From a virus: 64,000 nt of DNA. The stretch's first letter is position 1. Each line of letters begins with the position of its first letter. Made by a program: the position numbers and the translations under genes. The DNA lies in IMG/VR virus record IMGVR_UViG_3300045988_131144, positions 1 to 64,000 of that record; one strand, given 5' to 3'. Under the pieces are notes generated by a model. It did not search any database and was not told the DNA's origin. It worked only from the letters and a program-made list of their open reading frames with translations. This document shows positions 61,251 to 64,000 of the stretch, in pieces.

Positions 61251-62039
61251 GCGCTGCCAAGAAGAGAGCGAACCGCACACAGAAAGAATATACACACACA
61301 GCCAAAGCAAGGAGCAGAGCAATACCACAAAGAAGAGAGAGAGCACCGCCAAGAGAAGCAAGGACACAGCAACACCCAACACAACATGTTGCTGACTGTC
61401 GAACCATTTTAATACAGTTCTTCAGACGGGGGAGAGTCACCAACTCGCGCTTGTTCACGATTTCGGGAACATTTGCGAGATTTTGCGAGTTTTCAAAAGC
61501 TCCGCGAAAACCGACGTCAGCCCCGCCGAAGTCGTCCAGCTCTGGTCATTTGTGTAATAATGACCAGAGATAGCTCCCCGCCCCCACTTGCAAAACCGCA
61601 CGGGGGCTTGATTTTTCAAGGTTTTCTGGTGGCAGTCCCATTCCCTCACTCATTCACTTCCTCCTTCCAACCATCCCAGTTTCCATCCCCTCCCCCTACT
61701 TTAAAATCGAATTTAAGATTTCAAAAGGTTCTCCGGGCGAAACTGCTATTTATAGGCCAAATCCCCCTGTTCAATTATAATTTGGTTGAAATTCAGATAA
61801 TTATTCGCTCTGGTTTTGCGTTATTCGCGCCTGTCGTGCTCTCTGGCACGCTTTACGCGTCTCGGTGGTGTAGTTTCATTCCTAAATATTAAAAGCGTTT
61901 TTAAGGCCGTTCTCGTGCGTTTTAAGGCACATGATTTTCGAGCGGTTTTCAGCCCGCTCTCGGATAATAGTCGGGTCAGGCTCAGCAGAGTTTCGCCTGC
62001 CGGTCGAGTCTGGTCGAGATAGCGACCGGCTTGGAGCAT

Positions 62040-62071
62040 AAAAAAGAGGCCACCTCCGTAGAGATGACCTC
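62040..62071 (-). terminator. rho-independent terminator of the SPFH operon
   Basis: On the minus strand, GAGGUCAUCUC UACG GAGGUGGCCUC plus U6. Confidence 0.7.
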
Positions 62072-62110
62072 ATCAATTTTTAATCTATAACTGCCGCTGG
62101 TTACGTAGAC

Positions 62111-62965
62111 TCACTTAGACACAACAACGCTATCCGCTCCGGTTACTGTTACCCATCCATGCTTCAAGCGTGCTTCTGCCTCCGTCATCTGGATAAGCTC
62201 CGGGGTAATGGATTCTGAAATGATCCTGTTTGCGTCTGCCTGCGCCTGTGCCTCTATGACCTCGATATCCGCAGCGGTCTGAGCCTTAACCTTGTCTGTT
62301 TCTGCCTGCGCAAGCGCCGTAGACTTCTCAAGCTCTGCTATTTCCGCATCCTGCTTTGCCTGTTCCTTTGCCTTGATCTTTTCCTGCAAGCCTGTATCGA
62401 GCTCGACATCAATAATGAGTGCGCTGGTAATCTGCATGCCATATTCATCAGACAATTTTTCATTGAGATACTCGGTGAGAGCTTTGTTGACCTCTGACTT
62501 CTTGTCACTGTAAATGTCCATGACGGAGAACTTCGGCGTGACCTCTTTCACATAGGCGATAATGCTGTTCTGTATGTACGTTTCGACGAGCTGCTCACCG
62601 TCCATGCCATTGAACCGAGTGTAAATGTCTATCACACGGTCTGCCTTGAAACTGTAATTGACCGTCAGGTTGATTTTTACCATGCCGCCGTTAGCGGGAG
62701 CGTCGATAGACCAATCCGCGTGTTCTTTGGCGTTGTAATCTGCTGGGTCGTTTGAAAACACTATCTGCTGCTGTGACACTGGGAACTGCTTCACGCGCTC
62801 TGTGAACCCTATCCAGTGCCAGCCGGGAGATAGCGTTTCGTTCTTCACACCTTTTGAGGTGTAAACAACACCAACGTTGCCTACGCTCACACGCTCAAGA
62901 CATGATATACATGAGACTGCAACTATCAAAGCCAAAACTACCGCTATAATTCTTGTTTTTCTCAT
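62111..62965 (-). CDS. SPFH/band-7 (prohibitin/HflC-like) membrane protein
   Basis: N-terminal TM IIAVVLALIVAVSCISCL. SPFH-like core. Long Ala/Glu/Gln coiled coil (KAKEQAKQDAEIAELEKSTALAQAETDKVKAQ). Confidence 0.75.
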   Translation of the reverse strand: MRKTRIIAVVLALIVAVSCISCLERVSVGNVGVVYTSKGVKNETLSPGWHWIGFTERVKQFPVSQQQIVFSNDPADYNAKEHADWSIDAPANGGMVKINLTVNYSFKADRVIDIYTRFNGMDGEQLVETYIQNSIIAYVKEVTPKFSVMDIYSDKKSEVNKALTEYLNEKLSDEYGMQITSALIIDVELDTGLQEKIKAKEQAKQDAEIAELEKSTALAQAETDKVKAQTAADIEVIEAQAQADANRIISESITPELIQMTEAEARLKHGWVTVTGADSVVVSK

Positions 62966-63051
62966 TTTTTCTTATTTCCTCCTAAAATGTCAAAAATTAT
63001 GATAAACGCAACCGCGAATATCGCTGAACCAACAAAAAGAATTTCTCTCAC
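62962..63051 (-). CDS. 29-aa single-TM micropeptide coupled to the SPFH gene
   Basis: VREILFVGSAIFAVAFIIIFDILGGNKKK. GTG start. Stop overlaps the SPFH ATG (ATGA). Confidence 0.35.
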   Translation of the reverse strand: MREILFVGSAIFAVAFIIIFDILGGNKKK

Positions 63052-63064
63052 TTGGTGCCCCCTG

Positions 63065-63919
63065 TTACTCGCTATAATCTAATTCACCGGCCAACACATC
63101 AGGAAGAATGGCGGTAGCAATTCGTCTCCCGCATCTTGGACAACGGAACGGATCAAATCCCCACAAGCGTACCATGCCCTCCGATTCCTTCTTACACGAC
63201 AACGATGCGAGTGTGAACCCACAGTGTTCGCATACCGGCTTGAACTTCATGGTCGTTGTATCTGACTCTTCGCCGAGGAAGGTTCCTTCAAGCAAATCCG
63301 TCGAGTGGTCAACCTCCGCAAACCGCACCAGTTCGGCCATTGCGTCGTAGGCTTCGCAAGAAGTATCGAAGAGCATACCTCCCATCACCCCGTTTGTGTC
63401 GTCTGTGCACAAGAGGCACTCGCCCCAACCATCGTGGTGGATGCCGTAGCTCAGACCGCTCCACGGGTCTGATTCGTATGCACAGCCGAGCTCACCATGA
63501 TAGTTTCCCTCGTCATCATGCACGCCGATGTGCAGTTTCTCCTTGCCGCAGAACGGACACCTATACATCTTCGGCGTCCCGTTGAGAGCGCACACGATGC
63601 CGTAACAGTACACCTCGCCCTCCTCCATGATCTTGAACTCTGCGTGTGGCAGCTCGGTCTCGTATGCCCATGAGCAGTCTCTCCCTTCGGGGCACCACAC
63701 TGCTTTGATGGGCAGGGAACGTCCTTCTCCACGCTTGAGCACACCGCCCTCGAAACAGTCGCACTCTCCGTCTATTGCGCCCCTCAACTCTGCGAGGTCG
63801 TCGGATGCGCCGAACACGACGAGGAAATCCAGATTTTCTGCGAGGATTGCTTCATCTTCTGTTATCTCATTACCATACTGCCGCCCATCAAGTTTCGCGG
63901 CAAATTCTTCAACTGTCAT
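63065..63919 (-). CDS. multi-zinc-ribbon protein of unknown function
   Basis: YRCPFCGKEKLHIG..., CEHCGF...CPRCGRR. Acidic N-terminal domain. Confidence 0.55.
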   Translation of the reverse strand: MTVEEFAAKLDGRQYGNEITEDEAILAENLDFLVVFGASDDLAELRGAIDGECDCFEGGVLKRGEGRSLPIKAVWCPEGRDCSWAYETELPHAEFKIMEEGEVYCYGIVCALNGTPKMYRCPFCGKEKLHIGVHDDEGNYHGELGCAYESDPWSGLSYGIHHDGWGECLLCTDDTNGVMGGMLFDTSCEAYDAMAELVRFAEVDHSTDLLEGTFLGEESDTTTMKFKPVCEHCGFTLASLSCKKESEGMVRLWGFDPFRCPRCGRRIATAILPDVLAGELDYSE

Positions 63920-64000
63920 TTCTTGTCCACCTCGTCTATAAAGGTCGCCGCTTCATCTGCGACGTGCAGGAAGAACGCCAGCGGATTGCGTCGGAAAGTA
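63916..64000 (-). CDS. C-terminal fragment of a gene running off the window end
   Basis: Open frame ...ATFIDEVDKK* with ATGA overlap onto the next gene. Confidence 0.4.
   Translation of the reverse strand, partial: TFRRNPLAFFLHVADEAATFIDEVDKK

Noticed and set aside
60861-61458. ORFs 60861..61109 (82 aa) and 61192..61458 (88 aa, Cys-rich hydrophobic) on the minus strand of the T-free tracts
   Set aside because: Their composition follows directly from the nucleotide skew (A-free codons give G/V/C/L/A/S/R/W/F). Their third positions are unlike the rest of the genome. There is no convincing SD, and both run into the (TA)n repeats. I treat them as non-coding, though a small membrane peptide cannot be excluded.

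Overview
The window reads as an almost complete temperate siphovirus-like phage or prophage of a Firmicutes/Clostridia-type host. It is moderately GC-rich by eye, uses GGAGG-type ribosome-binding sites and has tightly coupled genes. All calls rest on hand reading of motifs, gene order and structures; no homology search was run.

Layout:
- 1-2.3 kb (+): Lar-like zinc-ribbon protein, soluble GT2 glycosyltransferase, and a BRO-N antirepressor broken by a homopolymer frameshift.
- 2.2-3.7 kb: attP/att-like region. It holds a 45-nt 3' fragment of tRNA-Thr(CGU) flanked by GTCCAC arm repeats, next to a tyrosine integrase.
- 3.7-5.3 kb (-): accessory operon between int and the repressor. It encodes a ToxN/AbiQ-like protein behind a ~200-nt structured leader with an intrinsic terminator, plus an HTH/coiled-coil/2-TM protein. 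I think this is the best candidate for an undescribed abortive-infection or toxin-antitoxin module.
- 5.5-7 kb: CI-like and Cro-like switch with palindromic operators, and an AntA/KilAC antirepressor also broken by a homopolymer frameshift.
- 8.5-17.3 kb: recombination (annealing protein, Cas4-like exonuclease, SSB), replication (replisome organizer with an in-frame HNH domain, DnaB) and nucleotide metabolism (dUTPase, DUF5664-like NTP pyrophosphatase, degenerate ThyX-like protein with an in-frame NUMOD4-HNH insert, DUF1064-like nuclease).
- 17.5-45.4 kb: packaging, head, tail (1549-aa tape measure) and endolysin.
- 45.4-46.6 kb: a second tyrosine recombinase with a small putative ribbon-helix-helix (RHH)-like DNA-binding protein.
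- 46.7-64 kb, mostly (-): block of small genes with an anti-restriction/early flavour. It includes a second SSB-like protein, at least three more Lar-like proteins and other zinc-ribbon proteins, an HNH nuclease, a large N6-adenine methyltransferase, an antirepressor, a J-domain protein and an SPFH protein.

This last block also holds three unusual non-coding regions: two iteron-like repeat arrays (56.1-56.3 kb and 56.9-57.1 kb), a duplicated promoter/operator, and a 1.3-kb gene-free stretch (60.8-62.0 kb) with two ~100-bp (TA)n-rich repeats each followed by an almost T-free tract.

I found no rRNA, intact tRNA, CRISPR array, reverse transcriptase or transposase.
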